DNA from: Bacteroidales bacterium
Lineage (GTDB): Bacteria; Bacteroidota; Bacteroidia; Bacteroidales; PUMT01
Reading direction: 5' to 3'
NCBI GenBank assembly: GCA_007134675.1
Contig: SLKJ01000006.1
Coordinates: 1-63,868 of the forward strand
Length of the DNA: 63,868 nucleotides
Shown: positions 17,601 to 26,064 of the stretch, piece by piece
Layout of the letters: each line of letters begins with the position of its first letter
Numbering within the stretch: position 1 is the stretch's first letter
Notes under the pieces: model-generated
The model's database searches: none
Told to the model about the DNA's origin: nothing
The model's input: only the letters and a program-made list of their open reading frames with translations
Made by a program: the position numbers and the translations under genes

Positions 17601-19062
17601 CATTCAGGGTGCTACAATTGTAGTTGTGGGCAAAGTTGAAGTTGGAGAGAGTGTTTTAAATAAAATGGCCGAATATTCTGCCAGGCTTGTTATGGCTGTG
17701 AGGAATATCGGGATAACTTATTCCCATACTGACGGGACTATTCTGCACGGATATCTGCCGCGGACAGACCTGCTGGGTACACAGTCCTACAATGATGTAC
17801 TGGCTCCCGGGTGGCCTTTTATCTTTGGATACCAGGACCCGGATTTTGCATGGAAAGCAATCCGCCACGGATGGATGACTACCGATACTACCCTGAATGA
17901 GCCCTTTATGATGAGCCACAGCAATACCTTTAATCTTCGAAGCAATATAGAACCAATTAATGGATTGCGCATTGACGTTACCGCAAGCCGCACCTTTGTC
18001 AGCAATATGCAAGAATATTATAATGCCGACAGATTTGGTGATTTTCATGCAAGTAACAGGATAAATTCCGGTAATTTCAACATGACCTTTGTTTCTCTGA
18101 GAACAGCCTTTGAAAAACCCACAGGGGATAATAATTACTATTCGTCAGCTTATGAGGATTTCGTCAGTTACAGGAGTTTAATTGCAGGAAGACTTGCAGA
18201 TAGGAGGGGGTATTCAGCGGATTACGATCCTGGAGCTGTTGATCAGGAAGGGTTTCCTGACGGTTACGGTAGTTTGTCCCAGGAAGTATTATTACCTGCC
18301 TTCATGGCTGCTTACGGCCGGATGAATCCGCAAACTGTAACATTGAGAACATTTCCGATGATACCCTTGCCAAACTGGAGGATAGTTTATGACGGACTTT
18401 CCCGTGTGTCCCTGTTCAGCCGTGTGTTGGAGTCGGCTAATATTAATCATGCCTACCGGTCAACTTACAGCATCTCCAATTATATAACCAACCTCAGCTA
18501 CAGGGAGGGCGATGACGGATTCAGCTATGTAAGGGATAATGTCAGGGGTAATTTTATTTCGGAATATGATATCTCATCTGTTGCAATAAGCGAGCAGTTC
18601 AATCCTCTGGTCAATATTGATATAACATGGAACAATAACTTTACAACCAGGGCTGAGTTGCGGAAGACGCGGACTGTCTCGCTGAGCTTTGCAAACAATC
18701 AGATTTCTGAGATAAAAAGCGATGAGATGGTGTTTGGCTTAGGCTACAGGTTCAGGGATGTACAGTTTATATACAGGACCGGCGGCACACAGAGAGAGCT
18801 GAGAAGCGACCTTAATTTCAGGGCCGACCTTTCAATCAGGGAAAACCTTACAATTGTGAGAAGGCTTGCAGAAGAAGGTATTCAGCCTACAGCGGGACAA
18901 ACAGTTATATCGATGAGTGCCTCGGCAGATTATGTTATCAGCAATCGGTTTGATGTAAGGGTATTTTTCGACCGTGTAGTAAACAAACCCATCGTGAGTT
19001 TATCATATCCCACAACCAATACCAGTTTTGGCTTCAGCTTGCGATTTACATTGATTCAGTAA
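11635..19062 (+). CDS. sprA: Cell-surface gliding/T9SS translocon protein SprA
   Basis: 2475-aa single ORF with an N-terminal signal-like segment ending VASA. Giant beta-rich outer-membrane protein, and the length and ruvA/gcvH neighbourhood are typical of Bacteroidota sprA. Starts at TTG; no in-frame ATG before codon 54. Confidence 0.88.
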   Translation: MAFLLVKTSKYSGISFWVLLFLAFILTSVASARFDEPEYFFGEPEYKKESEINMREAHQPQLQDRPESGSIPLPPHFRIITEYDITTNSYLLRRKAGEIEIGRPGVMSFEEYRQYSLENSMNEYWQQRARGELADRRDEFIPGLSLGVDALDMIFGSDVVNIQPQGSAELIFGINTVKNERPDIQEELRRTTTFDFQEKIQMNVTGTIGDKVSLGINYNTEAMFEFENQTKLEYTGSEDEIIQRIEAGNVTLPLPGSLITGSQSLFGLKTELRFGNLTVTSVLSQQKGESSSIEVRGGAQTQDFEVFADEYDANRHFFLAQYFRDTYEASLQNLPVITSGINITRVEVWVTNKTNNFENSRNIVAFMDLAESQENIFSGIFSQDMSQPGKHPRNSLNNLYEMMTTAYAGIRNINQVTTTLQPLRPDFIVGQDYEEIENARKLSSRDYNLNSRLGYISLNTALNADEVLAVAFEYTMGGETYRVGEFSNEGITAPEALIVKLLKGTNLTPRLPTWKLMMKNVYSIGAWQLNRRDFVLNVLYQDDQTGNALNYIPAGRIQELTLLRVMNLDNMNSQLDPYPDGSFDFLEGITINSSTGRIIFPVLEPFGSHLRRKIGDDAIADRYVFQELYDSTQTIARQIAEKNKFMLAGTYQSSVGSEIPLNAMNVPRGSVIVTAGGIQLTENIDYTVDYTLGRVQIINDGLLESGTPIRISLESQSLFNIQTKTMVGSHFNYRFSDDFNVGATILNLTERPLTQKVGFGDEPISNTIWGLNTSWRTESRFLTNMIDRLPFIQTSAVSNISFQGEFAHLIPGHSRALGSAGVSYIDDFEATKTTIDLKMPSAWVISSTPEGQELFPESALSNDLAYGYNRALLAWYVIDPLFLRNTSATPAHIRENPDLISSHFVREVFERELFPARETPSGVPTNIPVLNLAYYPKEKGPYNYDVQASTYSAGIDAEGRLLNPASRWGGIMRSLYTTDFEAANIEYVEFWLMDPFIEHAEDYRGGDFYINLGNVSEDILKDGRKSFENGLPISEDVTNVDTTAWGRVPTQQSLVNAFDDNPKAREFQDVGLDGLRTVDERSFFSDFLDEIAQIFGQDSPAYQNAWNDPSSDNYRYFRGREWDAEGADILTRYKYYNNMEGNSPASEQSPESYPTSATTLPNTEDINRDNTLNKSEAYFQYRISIRPEDLRVGHNYVVDSVRTSVKFENGEQSSVNWYQFRVPLSDYERAVGPIQDFKSIRFVRMFLTGFEDPVVMRFARLDLVRSDWRQYNFSLMEGQEGLAHPEKITGTFDISAVNIEEDASKTPVNYVLPPGIDRVIDPANPQLQQLNEQSMLLKVENLEDGDARAAFKNLNLDIRQYRRIQMEVHAAALPGDVLNDGDLTMFIRLGTDYRNNYYEYEIPLRVTPPGRYDNNRDGDRLIVWPDENRLDIELDIFQQLKQSRDQQRNTPGSNISVSTVFSQMDGENLVKVVGNPTLSNLRTMMIGVRNPSRNTNPRQDDDGLSKSGEIWVNELRLTNFNEEGGWAANARLSARLADLGSVTFAGSTNQPGFGSIEKKVNERQQEQINQYDIATNLELGRFFPEESGVRIPLYLGYSEGFINPKYNPVNPDVPLSDALDAARTRSERDSIRDIAQDYTQRKSLNLTNVQISRPGAPQRFYSISNWSLNYAFSEMFARNINTEYRIQRNFRGGLNYNYTARPDNIAPFRDWSIFRSPALRILRDFNFYYSPSFLSFRTDLGRHYQADQLRNINNPDFLILPTYQKDFHWNRFYDVRFDLTRQLRLEFSATNTARIDEPEGIVDRYRDPDSYRQWRDSVMINLRNLGRTTRYHHSANLTYTLPLNKIPFFNWVNITARYNSTYGWETGMILPDTVDINLGNVIRNSNTTQLNGQFNLVNLYNKVGYFQRVNQRSRQAQRGAAVRTRERVFRDVTYERENVNFRAEQTRIINHNLNTSDVEVSVTDAQGQTVSGRTEILSERRASFTPEEDIQGATIVVVGKVEVGESVLNKMAEYSARLVMAVRNIGITYSHTDGTILHGYLPRTDLLGTQSYNDVLAPGWPFIFGYQDPDFAWKAIRHGWMTTDTTLNEPFMMSHSNTFNLRSNIEPINGLRIDVTASRTFVSNMQEYYNADRFGDFHASNRINSGNFNMTFVSLRTAFEKPTGDNNYYSSAYEDFVSYRSLIAGRLADRRGYSADYDPGAVDQEGFPDGYGSLSQEVLLPAFMAAYGRMNPQTVTLRTFPMIPLPNWRIVYDGLSRVSLFSRVLESANINHAYRSTYSISNYITNLSYREGDDGFSYVRDNVRGNFISEYDISSVAISEQFNPLVNIDITWNNNFTTRAELRKTRTVSLSFANNQISEIKSDEMVFGLGYRFRDVQFIYRTGGTQRELRSDLNFRADLSIRENLTIVRRLAEEGIQPTAGQTVISMSASADYVISNRFDVRVFFDRVVNKPIVSLSYPTTNTSFGFSLRFTLIQ

Positions 19063-19110
19063 TATTCTTCTTGCCGGGAATAAAAAATTGATTAATTTTA
19101 TCCTGTAAAA

Positions 19111-19161
19111 AAGGAAGAATTTAGGCTGAAAAAATTTGACTTCGTTGATTTTGCATGCAGA
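19111..19161 (+). repeat. Copy A of a conserved ~50-nt intergenic element
   Basis: GAAAAAATTTGACTTCGTTGATTTTGCATGCAGA (19128-19161) matches 59547-59580 at 32 of 34 positions. Similarity extends about 17 nt upstream (AAGGAAGAATTTAGGCT vs AAGGTAAATTTACGCA). Confidence 0.7.
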
Positions 19162-19255
19162 TATTAATGATCCCGGGAAATTTTTATCAACTGCATGTAT
19201 ATTAAGTATATCAGAATTATGTGGTTACTATTTTTTACCTTCAAAATGAATTGTT

Positions 19256-19642
19256 ATGGATATTCCTGTTGAACTAAAGTACACAAAAGATCATGAATGG
19301 ATTCGCACTGAAGCCGGGGAGGCTATAGTGGGAATAACTGAATTTGCCCAGGGGGAACTTGGAGATATAGTATTCATTGAAATAGAGACTGAGGGGGAGA
19401 CACTTGATAAAGATGAGGTTTTTGGCACCATTGAAGCTGTTAAGACAGTTTCTGATATGTTTATGCCTGTTTCCGGTGAGATTACAGGGGTAAACCCCAG
19501 ACTTGAGGATACTCCGGATATAGTTAATAAAGATCCTTATGGTGAAGGCTGGATGATAAAAATTAAAATGTCTGATCCCTCACAGGTTGATGAACTGCTG
19601 ACAGCAGATCAATACAGGTCGCTAATTGATGGTAATTCCTGA
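19256..19642 (+). CDS. gcvH: Glycine cleavage system protein H
   Basis: 128 aa. YTKDHEWI and lipoyl-lysine context IEAVKTVSD. Confidence 0.93.
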   Translation: MDIPVELKYTKDHEWIRTEAGEAIVGITEFAQGELGDIVFIEIETEGETLDKDEVFGTIEAVKTVSDMFMPVSGEITGVNPRLEDTPDIVNKDPYGEGWMIKIKMSDPSQVDELLTADQYRSLIDGNS

Positions 19643-19709
19643 ATCAGATCGACTATTGCCGGACCTGCTGCTGCATTAGACGAGATTCCAGGAAACGGGA
19701 TTATGGGGA

Positions 19710-22652
19710 TCACAGGGTTTTCTTGTATTCTACCTCCCGGTATCCCTCGATGATATCACCAACCTTGATATCGTTGTAATTTGCAATATTCAGCCCGCAT
19801 TCATATCCGGCATTCACCTCCCTGACATCATCCTTGAATCTCTTAAGGGAGCCGAGCTCTCCGGTGTGAACTACTATGCCGTCACGGATAAGACGGATTT
19901 TTGTATTCCTGTTAATTTTGCCGTCTTTTACGAAACATCCTGCTACGGTACCTACCTTTGTTATTTTAAATGTTTCCCGTATTTCCAGTGTAGCCACTAC
20001 CTCCTCTTTTATTTCCGGAGAAAGCATCCCTTCCATTGCTGATCTGATCTCATTTATTGCATCATAAATAATGGAATAGAGTCTGATATCTATCTCTTCT
20101 TTCTCGGCCAGTTTTCTGGCAGCCATAGAAGGCCTGACCTGGAATCCGACTACAATAGCATTCGAAGCTGCCGCGAGAAGAATATCTGATTCCGATATCT
20201 GTCCAACAGCCTTGTGTATTACCCTGACCTGGATTTCTTCCGTTGAAAGCTTAATGAGAGAATCTGAAATTGCCTCAACTGATCCATCAACATCACCTTT
20301 GACGATAATATTCAGCTCCTGGAAGTTACCTATTGCTATCCGCCTCCCTATCTCATCGAGAGTTATGTGCTTCTGTGTGCGCAATCCCTGTTCACGTTGC
20401 AACTGTTCCCTTTTATTGGCAATGTCTCTGGCTTCCCTGTCGGTAGACATGACATTGAAGTTATCTCCGGCCTGGGGAGCACCGTTAAGTCCCAGAATAA
20501 GTGCCGGGGTTGCCGGACCAGCCTCCCTGACCGGCTTGCCCCTTTCATTGTGCATTGCCTTTACATGACCATGATAAATACCTGCAAGTACAATATCACC
20601 TATTTTCAATGTGCCGGATTGGACCAGAATTGTAGTTATATAACCCCTTCCTTTGTCAAGTTCCGACTCTACAACTGTTCCTGATGCTCTTTTGTCAGGG
20701 TTGGCTTTCAATTCCAGGATTTCAGCTTCCAGCAGGACTTTTTCAAGCAGCTGGTCAATGTTGGTACCGCTTTTGGCAGATATTTCCTGTGACTGGTACT
20801 TGCCGCCCCAGTCTTCAGTCATAAAGTTCATGTTGGCAAGCTGCTCCTTGATCTTTTCCGGATTTGCACCGGGCTTGTCTATTTTATTTATTGCAAAGAC
20901 AATTGGCACACCGGCTGCATGAGCATGGTTGATAGCTTCAACTGTCTGAGGCATTACGCTGTCATCAGCTGCGATTACTATAATTGCGATATCGGTTATT
21001 CTTGCCCCCCTGGCTCTCATGGCAGTAAATGCTTCATGACCGGGTGTGTCAAGGAACGTAATTGTTTTCCCGTTGTCAAGTTCGACACTATAGGCCCCAA
21101 TATGCTGGGTAATTCCGCCGGCCTCTCCTGCTATGACGTTGGCATGGCGAATGAAGTCCAGAAGAGATGTTTTACCGTGGTCAACATGTCCCATTACAGT
21201 AACGATAGGTGGACGCCCGGTAAGCGAGCTTTCATCTTCCTTCTCAATATCCTCTGTAATGGTCTCCTGAAGATCAACACTTATGAACTCGGTCTTATAA
21301 TCGTATTCTTCTGCAACAAGTGAAATAGTTTCAGCATCGAGCCTTTGATTTATTGAGACAAAAAGACCAAGGCTCATGCAGGAGGAGATTATATCTGTTA
21401 CCGGAACATTCATCATTGATGCCAGTTCATTGACAGTAACAAATTCAGTTACTTTCAGGGTCTTGCTTTCCATCTCCTGTTTTTCTGTCTCTTCCTGCTG
21501 TTTCTGGCTTAATAATTCACGTTTATCACGCCTGTATTTCGCACCTTTGGACTTTCCCTTGGTAGTGAGCCTTGACAGAGTATCTTTGATCTGTTTCTGA
21601 ACCTCTTCTTCACTGATTTCAGTTCTGACAGGCCTTTTCTTGCCCTTTCTCAGTTTGGTTTTTTTCTGGTCGCCTGCAACCTGGTCGCGGACTTCCTTTT
21701 CAGATGCTGCACCTGGTTCAACGGGTGTTCTTAGTCCGTCTTTCCTGATGCGCTTTCTTTTCTTTTTCTTGCCGCGCTCCGGATCGCTCGAAGATGCAAC
21801 AGGGGTTTTCTTCTCTTTTGATGGAAGATCGATTTTACCGACTACTGTGGGACCTGTAAGCTTTCTTACCTCATGCTTGAATACTTTGTCTTCGGGTTTT
21901 TGTTCAACGGACGGTCCTTCAGATGGTTTCTCTTCCTCCCGGACCTCTTCGGGTGGTTCTGGCAACTTTCTTTCAGCAGCTTTCTCTTCTTCAGTATATT
22001 TCTCTTCCTCTTTTTCTTTTTCTTTTTCTTTTTGCTCCGGCGTTTTTGTTTTTTTGTCTTTTTTTGCTGGCCGTGTTTTCTGGTTAATAGTATCGAGGTC
22101 GATATTCCCAACTACCTTGATCCGGGGTGCATCATCCTCATCTTTTTCTTTTTCTTTTTCAGGCTTTACAGAGGTTTCCGGCGCTTCTTTTACATATTCT
22201 TCCTCTTTTTTCACTTCCTTTTTCTCAATCTCCGGTTCCGGTTTAACTTTTTCATCAGACTTTTCAGCAAATTCTTCATGTTTTAACGGTGGTTTAATTT
22301 TATCGGCAGCGGCGGGCTTTTTTGATGCACTATCCTTAATAAGTACTTCATCTTCACTTTCAGGGCTATCAGGCTCCTCTGTGACAGCGGTTTTCTTGTC
22401 TTCGTCCAATGAAACACTTTCTTTCTTTTCACGGGCTATTCTGAGGCTTATCTTCTCCGATTCCTTTTTCACACTTATCTCAGAACTGTATTCCTTTAGA
22501 ATAAGGTGGTACTGTTCCTCTGAAACCTTGGTGTTCGGGTTCGGACTGATATCATGACCCTTTTTTCGGAGAAAATCAACAATGGTGCTTATCCCCAGAT
22601 TAAACTCCCTGGCAATTTTACTGAGTCTTTTAGTAGTGATAACCTCTGACAT
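19710..22652 (-). CDS. infB: Translation initiation factor IF-2
   Basis: 980 aa. K/E-rich low-complexity N-terminal region, then the GTPase domain ([26 protein letters not shown]). Confidence 0.95.
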   Translation of the reverse strand: MSEVITTKRLSKIAREFNLGISTIVDFLRKKGHDISPNPNTKVSEEQYHLILKEYSSEISVKKESEKISLRIAREKKESVSLDEDKKTAVTEEPDSPESEDEVLIKDSASKKPAAADKIKPPLKHEEFAEKSDEKVKPEPEIEKKEVKKEEEYVKEAPETSVKPEKEKEKDEDDAPRIKVVGNIDLDTINQKTRPAKKDKKTKTPEQKEKEKEKEEEKYTEEEKAAERKLPEPPEEVREEEKPSEGPSVEQKPEDKVFKHEVRKLTGPTVVGKIDLPSKEKKTPVASSSDPERGKKKKRKRIRKDGLRTPVEPGAASEKEVRDQVAGDQKKTKLRKGKKRPVRTEISEEEVQKQIKDTLSRLTTKGKSKGAKYRRDKRELLSQKQQEETEKQEMESKTLKVTEFVTVNELASMMNVPVTDIISSCMSLGLFVSINQRLDAETISLVAEEYDYKTEFISVDLQETITEDIEKEDESSLTGRPPIVTVMGHVDHGKTSLLDFIRHANVIAGEAGGITQHIGAYSVELDNGKTITFLDTPGHEAFTAMRARGARITDIAIIVIAADDSVMPQTVEAINHAHAAGVPIVFAINKIDKPGANPEKIKEQLANMNFMTEDWGGKYQSQEISAKSGTNIDQLLEKVLLEAEILELKANPDKRASGTVVESELDKGRGYITTILVQSGTLKIGDIVLAGIYHGHVKAMHNERGKPVREAGPATPALILGLNGAPQAGDNFNVMSTDREARDIANKREQLQREQGLRTQKHITLDEIGRRIAIGNFQELNIIVKGDVDGSVEAISDSLIKLSTEEIQVRVIHKAVGQISESDILLAAASNAIVVGFQVRPSMAARKLAEKEEIDIRLYSIIYDAINEIRSAMEGMLSPEIKEEVVATLEIRETFKITKVGTVAGCFVKDGKINRNTKIRLIRDGIVVHTGELGSLKRFKDDVREVNAGYECGLNIANYNDIKVGDIIEGYREVEYKKTL

Positions 22653-22676
22653 ATTTCAATCTCTCAATTTTTAAGA

Positions 22677-23915
22677 TTATTCAAATTCAGCCTTAAGTAT
22701 ACGAATAACTTCCTGTATTGTCTCTTCTTCAAGATCAGTTCTTTTCACAAGATCTTCAACTGATAGTTCCAAAACACTTTTTGCTGTATCACAACCAACT
22801 GCTTTTAACTCATCTATTATCCAGCTTTCAATTTCGTCGCTGAATTCATCAATGTTTACATCCTCTTCATCTTCTCCTTCAGTATCGCGGAACACATCTA
22901 TCTCGTAACCTGTTAACTGTCCTGCTAGCTTAATATTCAAACCGCCTTTACCTATTGCCAGCGATACCTCGTTGGGTTTCAGAAAAACCTCGGCCCTTTT
23001 CTCTTCTTCAATGATCTTTATTGAACTGATCTTGGCAGGGCTGAGCGATCTTGAAATATAGAGCTGATTGTTAGTGGTGTAATTGATGACATCAATGTTT
23101 TCATTCTTGAGCTCCCGCACTATTCCATGTATGCGCGAACCTTTCATCCCAACACAGGCGCCTACAGGGTCAATACGGTCATCATATGATTCAACCGCAA
23201 CTTTCGCTCTTTCTCCTGGTACACGTACAATCTTCTTGATGGTTATCAGACCGTCATAGATTTCAGGGACTTCCAGTTCAAAAAGCCTTTCAAGAAAGAC
23301 AGGTGAGGTACGTGAAAGTATAATGAGGGGAACATTGTTTTTCATTTCAACCTTTATGACAACAGCCCTGATCGTATCCCCCTTTCTGAAATAATCGGTA
23401 GGTATCTGTTCTGCCTTGGGCAGAATGAGTTCATTTCCTTCATCGTCGATTATGAGAATCTCCCTTTTCCATACCTGATATACGTCACCGGTAACTATTT
23501 CTCCTATACGGTCCTTATATTTAAGGTAAACATTGTTTTTTTCAAGCTCCATTATCCGCGAGGTAAGATTCTGTCTTAAAGCCAGTATTGCCCTTCGTCC
23601 GAAATCGGCAAGCTTGACCTCATCGGTTACCTCTTCTCCTGGTTCATAATCCGGATCAATCTTTTGTGCTTCCGAAAGACTAATCTGAAGATTTGAGTCT
23701 TCCAGTTCATTATCTTTTACCACTTCCCTGTTTCTCCAGATCTCAAAATCACCTTTGTCAATATTGATAATAATGTCAAAGTTTTCATCGGTGCCGAAAT
23801 ATTTTATAAGCATGCTTCTGAAAACATCTTCCAGAACGCTCATCATGGTAGCCCTGTCTATGCTTTTCAATTCCTTGAACTCAGAAAACGGTTCTGTGAG
23901 ATTCAAATTTTCCAT
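22677..23915 (-). CDS. nusA: Transcription termination/antitermination factor NusA
   Basis: 412 aa with S1 and KH domain patterns. Operon position between rimP and infB. Confidence 0.95.
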   Translation of the reverse strand: MENLNLTEPFSEFKELKSIDRATMMSVLEDVFRSMLIKYFGTDENFDIIINIDKGDFEIWRNREVVKDNELEDSNLQISLSEAQKIDPDYEPGEEVTDEVKLADFGRRAILALRQNLTSRIMELEKNNVYLKYKDRIGEIVTGDVYQVWKREILIIDDEGNELILPKAEQIPTDYFRKGDTIRAVVIKVEMKNNVPLIILSRTSPVFLERLFELEVPEIYDGLITIKKIVRVPGERAKVAVESYDDRIDPVGACVGMKGSRIHGIVRELKNENIDVINYTTNNQLYISRSLSPAKISSIKIIEEEKRAEVFLKPNEVSLAIGKGGLNIKLAGQLTGYEIDVFRDTEGEDEEDVNIDEFSDEIESWIIDELKAVGCDTAKSVLELSVEDLVKRTDLEEETIQEVIRILKAEFE

Positions 23916-23936
23916 CTTTATTGTAACTTTTTCTGA

Positions 23937-24416
23937 TTATTTATATGGTAGCAAAACTTTTGTTGACCTGATCCGATCAAAACCAAACTCTTTTTCAACT
24001 GCTTTTATTTCCGCCCTCTTCTTTTTTCTACTGTTTATTTCAGTTTTCTCAATAATTATTCCATTATCAGTCATGCGTATCAGTTTTCCTTCATGTTTCA
24101 GACCTTCTGTAGTAATAACTTCAACCTCACGTCCGATATTCTTTTTGTACTGCGGTAATACCTTAAATGGTTCAAAAAGCCCGGGAGATGATACCTCCAG
24201 ATTGAAATCCTGCTCATCCCTGCTGAGGCTGCTTTCAATGGCCCTGCTAAGCTCGACACATTCCCGTATATTCACTCCTGCCTGATTATCTACCAGTATC
24301 CTGATATCATTTGACCTGGAAACGTGGATGTCGACAATAAACAGGTTGGTGCCTTTTATATTTCTTTTTACCAGTTCTGTGACTTTTTCTCTGTCAATCA
24401 TTTTGCTTCCATTCAT
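23937..24416 (-). CDS. rimP: Ribosome maturation factor RimP
   Basis: About 159 aa, first gene of rimP-nusA-infB. The ORF track starts at a TTG (24419); the adjacent ATG is at 24416. Confidence 0.88.
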   Translation of the reverse strand: MNGSKMIDREKVTELVKRNIKGTNLFIVDIHVSRSNDIRILVDNQAGVNIRECVELSRAIESSLSRDEQDFNLEVSSPGLFEPFKVLPQYKKNIGREVEVITTEGLKHEGKLIRMTDNGIIIEKTEINSRKKKRAEIKAVEKEFGFDRIRSTKVLLPYK

Positions 24417-24471
24417 CAAAATAGGGGACTTCAGTCCCCTAAATCACAAAAACCCTTTAGCATTCAGTTTG

Positions 24472-24501
24472 CAAAATTATAAATAATAGTCTAAAACACA
24501 A
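24472..24501 (-). promoter_or_regulatory. Candidate promoter of rimP-nusA-infB
   Basis: On the minus strand, TTG (24501-24499), 19 nt, then TAATTTTG (24479-24472), fitting TTG-N19-TAnnTTTG. A leader hairpin AGGGGAC-tgaa-GTCCCCT (24440-24423) follows. Confidence 0.4.
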
Positions 24502-24764
24502 AAATACTTGGTTGAAAATTAGCATATTTGCTACATTTTCAGTTAAAGATCGTAAAACTTCCTTATTTTTGCAGTGGCAAAGACAGATGCTGTTTTTTCT
24601 TCAGATATAGCCCATATCAACATACTGTAGATAAAAGAGCGTTAAGAGGCCATGCGGGTTCCATCGGAATTGAAAAGCATTTTAACTCTTATGTGAAATT
24701 ATGGCACATAAAATATAGTTTTGGTTCATTTTTACACCCTTTTGGGCACATATTCTGATTTTTT

Positions 24765-26033
24765 TTGAACAACGACCACACTAATAAGCGCAAAATAATA
24801 AATGATCCGGTTCACGGTTTCATTGGAATCAAATCAGACCTGGTCTTTGATCTTATATCACATCCTGTTTTTCAGCGGCTGAGAAGGATAAGGCAGCTTG
24901 GGATTACCCATTTTGTTTATCCCGGTGCTACACACACAAGGTTTCAACATGCCATTGGGGCTATGCATTTAATGGAAATGGCAATTGGTGTTATCCGATC
25001 AAAAGGGCACATTATTACCCATGAAGAGGAGGAGGCTGTCCTAACGGCAATATTGCTCCATGATATCGGGCATGGACCTTTTTCTCATACACTTGAGTCT
25101 TCAATCATTCCACTCATGCCCCATGAGCAGATGTCAGCCCTGCTTATGAAAGAGCTTAACATCAGTTTTCATGGCAGTTTGTCTATGGCAATAGATATTT
25201 TTGCCGATCTTTATCCTAAAAGGTTTTTACACCAGCTGGTTGCCGGACAGCTCGATATGGACAGGCTTGATTACCTCAAGAGGGACAGTTTCTTTACTGG
25301 TGTTACTGAAGGTGTAATTGGATCAGACCGGATAATAAAAATGCTCAATGTTGTGGATGACCAGCTTGTTGTTGAAGCCAAAGGTATTTATTCTGTTGAA
25401 AAATTTTTGATTGCCCGGCGTCTTATGTACTGGCAGGTTTATTTTCACAAGACTGTTGTTGCAGCTGAAAACTTGCTGACTATGCTATTAAAGAGGGCAG
25501 GCCAACTGGCTTCCGAAGGTGAAGAAATATTTGCTTCTCCCTATTTGAAATATTTTCTTGAGAATGATGTGACGGCTGAAGATAACGGGGTTTTACCAGG
25601 ATCTGATGCAGTTAAAGAGTTAATAGAAAACTTTATAAATCTTGACGACGATGATATAATGAGCGCCGCAAAGGTGTGGGCCGGGCATCCTGACAGAAGT
25701 CTATCACTTCTTGCCCAATGGTTAACCGGGAGAACATTGTATCGTGTTGAATTCCAGAATAAGGCTTTTGATGACAGAAAAATTAAGGATTTAAAAAATG
25801 AGATATGCCATAAATTTAATATTCCGGCAGATGAAGCAGGATATTTTGTTTTTGCCGGTAATATTTCCAATTATGCATATAAATATGAGGATGAAAAGAT
25901 ACAAATTCTCTACAATACAGGTGAGTTGGTTGATATTTCAGATGCTTCAGATATGTTGAATGTAACCGTATTATCAAAAACTGTAAAAAAGTATTTTCTT
26001 TGCTATCCAAAATGTCCTGATAGCCGATATTAA
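24765..26033 (+). CDS. HD-domain phosphohydrolase (dNTPase-like)
   Basis: 422 aa. INDPVHGFI, RFQHAIG, LLHDIGHGPFSH and DMDRLDYLKRD motifs. TTG start, with no in-frame ATG near the N-terminus. Confidence 0.8.
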   Translation: MNNDHTNKRKIINDPVHGFIGIKSDLVFDLISHPVFQRLRRIRQLGITHFVYPGATHTRFQHAIGAMHLMEMAIGVIRSKGHIITHEEEEAVLTAILLHDIGHGPFSHTLESSIIPLMPHEQMSALLMKELNISFHGSLSMAIDIFADLYPKRFLHQLVAGQLDMDRLDYLKRDSFFTGVTEGVIGSDRIIKMLNVVDDQLVVEAKGIYSVEKFLIARRLMYWQVYFHKTVVAAENLLTMLLKRAGQLASEGEEIFASPYLKYFLENDVTAEDNGVLPGSDAVKELIENFINLDDDDIMSAAKVWAGHPDRSLSLLAQWLTGRTLYRVEFQNKAFDDRKIKDLKNEICHKFNIPADEAGYFVFAGNISNYAYKYEDEKIQILYNTGELVDISDASDMLNVTVLSKTVKKYFLCYPKCPDSRY

Positions 26034-26064
26034 AGGATAAATGTTTAACATCAAATAGTTAAAA

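Noticed and set aside
11901-18048. Many 60-208-aa ORFs inside and antisense to sprA (e.g. 16912-17538, 15232-15612)
   Set aside because: All are embedded in a single uninterrupted 2475-codon frame with coherent SprA-like sequence, so they are shadow ORFs.
19135-19166. Reading the conserved element as a sigma-70-like promoter (TTGACT -35) or a Bacteroidota TTG/TAnnTTTG promoter
   Set aside because: At 17-nt spacing the -10 positions are AGATAT (copy A) and AGACCT (copy B). No TAnnTTTG box lies 17-23 nt downstream of the TTG in either copy.
21640-22557. 305-aa S/F-rich ORF, and other long ORFs, antisense to infB
   Set aside because: It is the mirror image of the K/E-rich low-complexity N-terminal region of IF-2. 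It has biased composition and no independent signals.
24528-24758. 76-aa TTG-initiated ORF in the 345-nt spacer upstream of the HD-domain gene
   Set aside because: It has a non-ATG start, an odd composition (Cys/Phe/His-rich) and no recognisable motif. More likely this is leader or promoter DNA between divergent operons.
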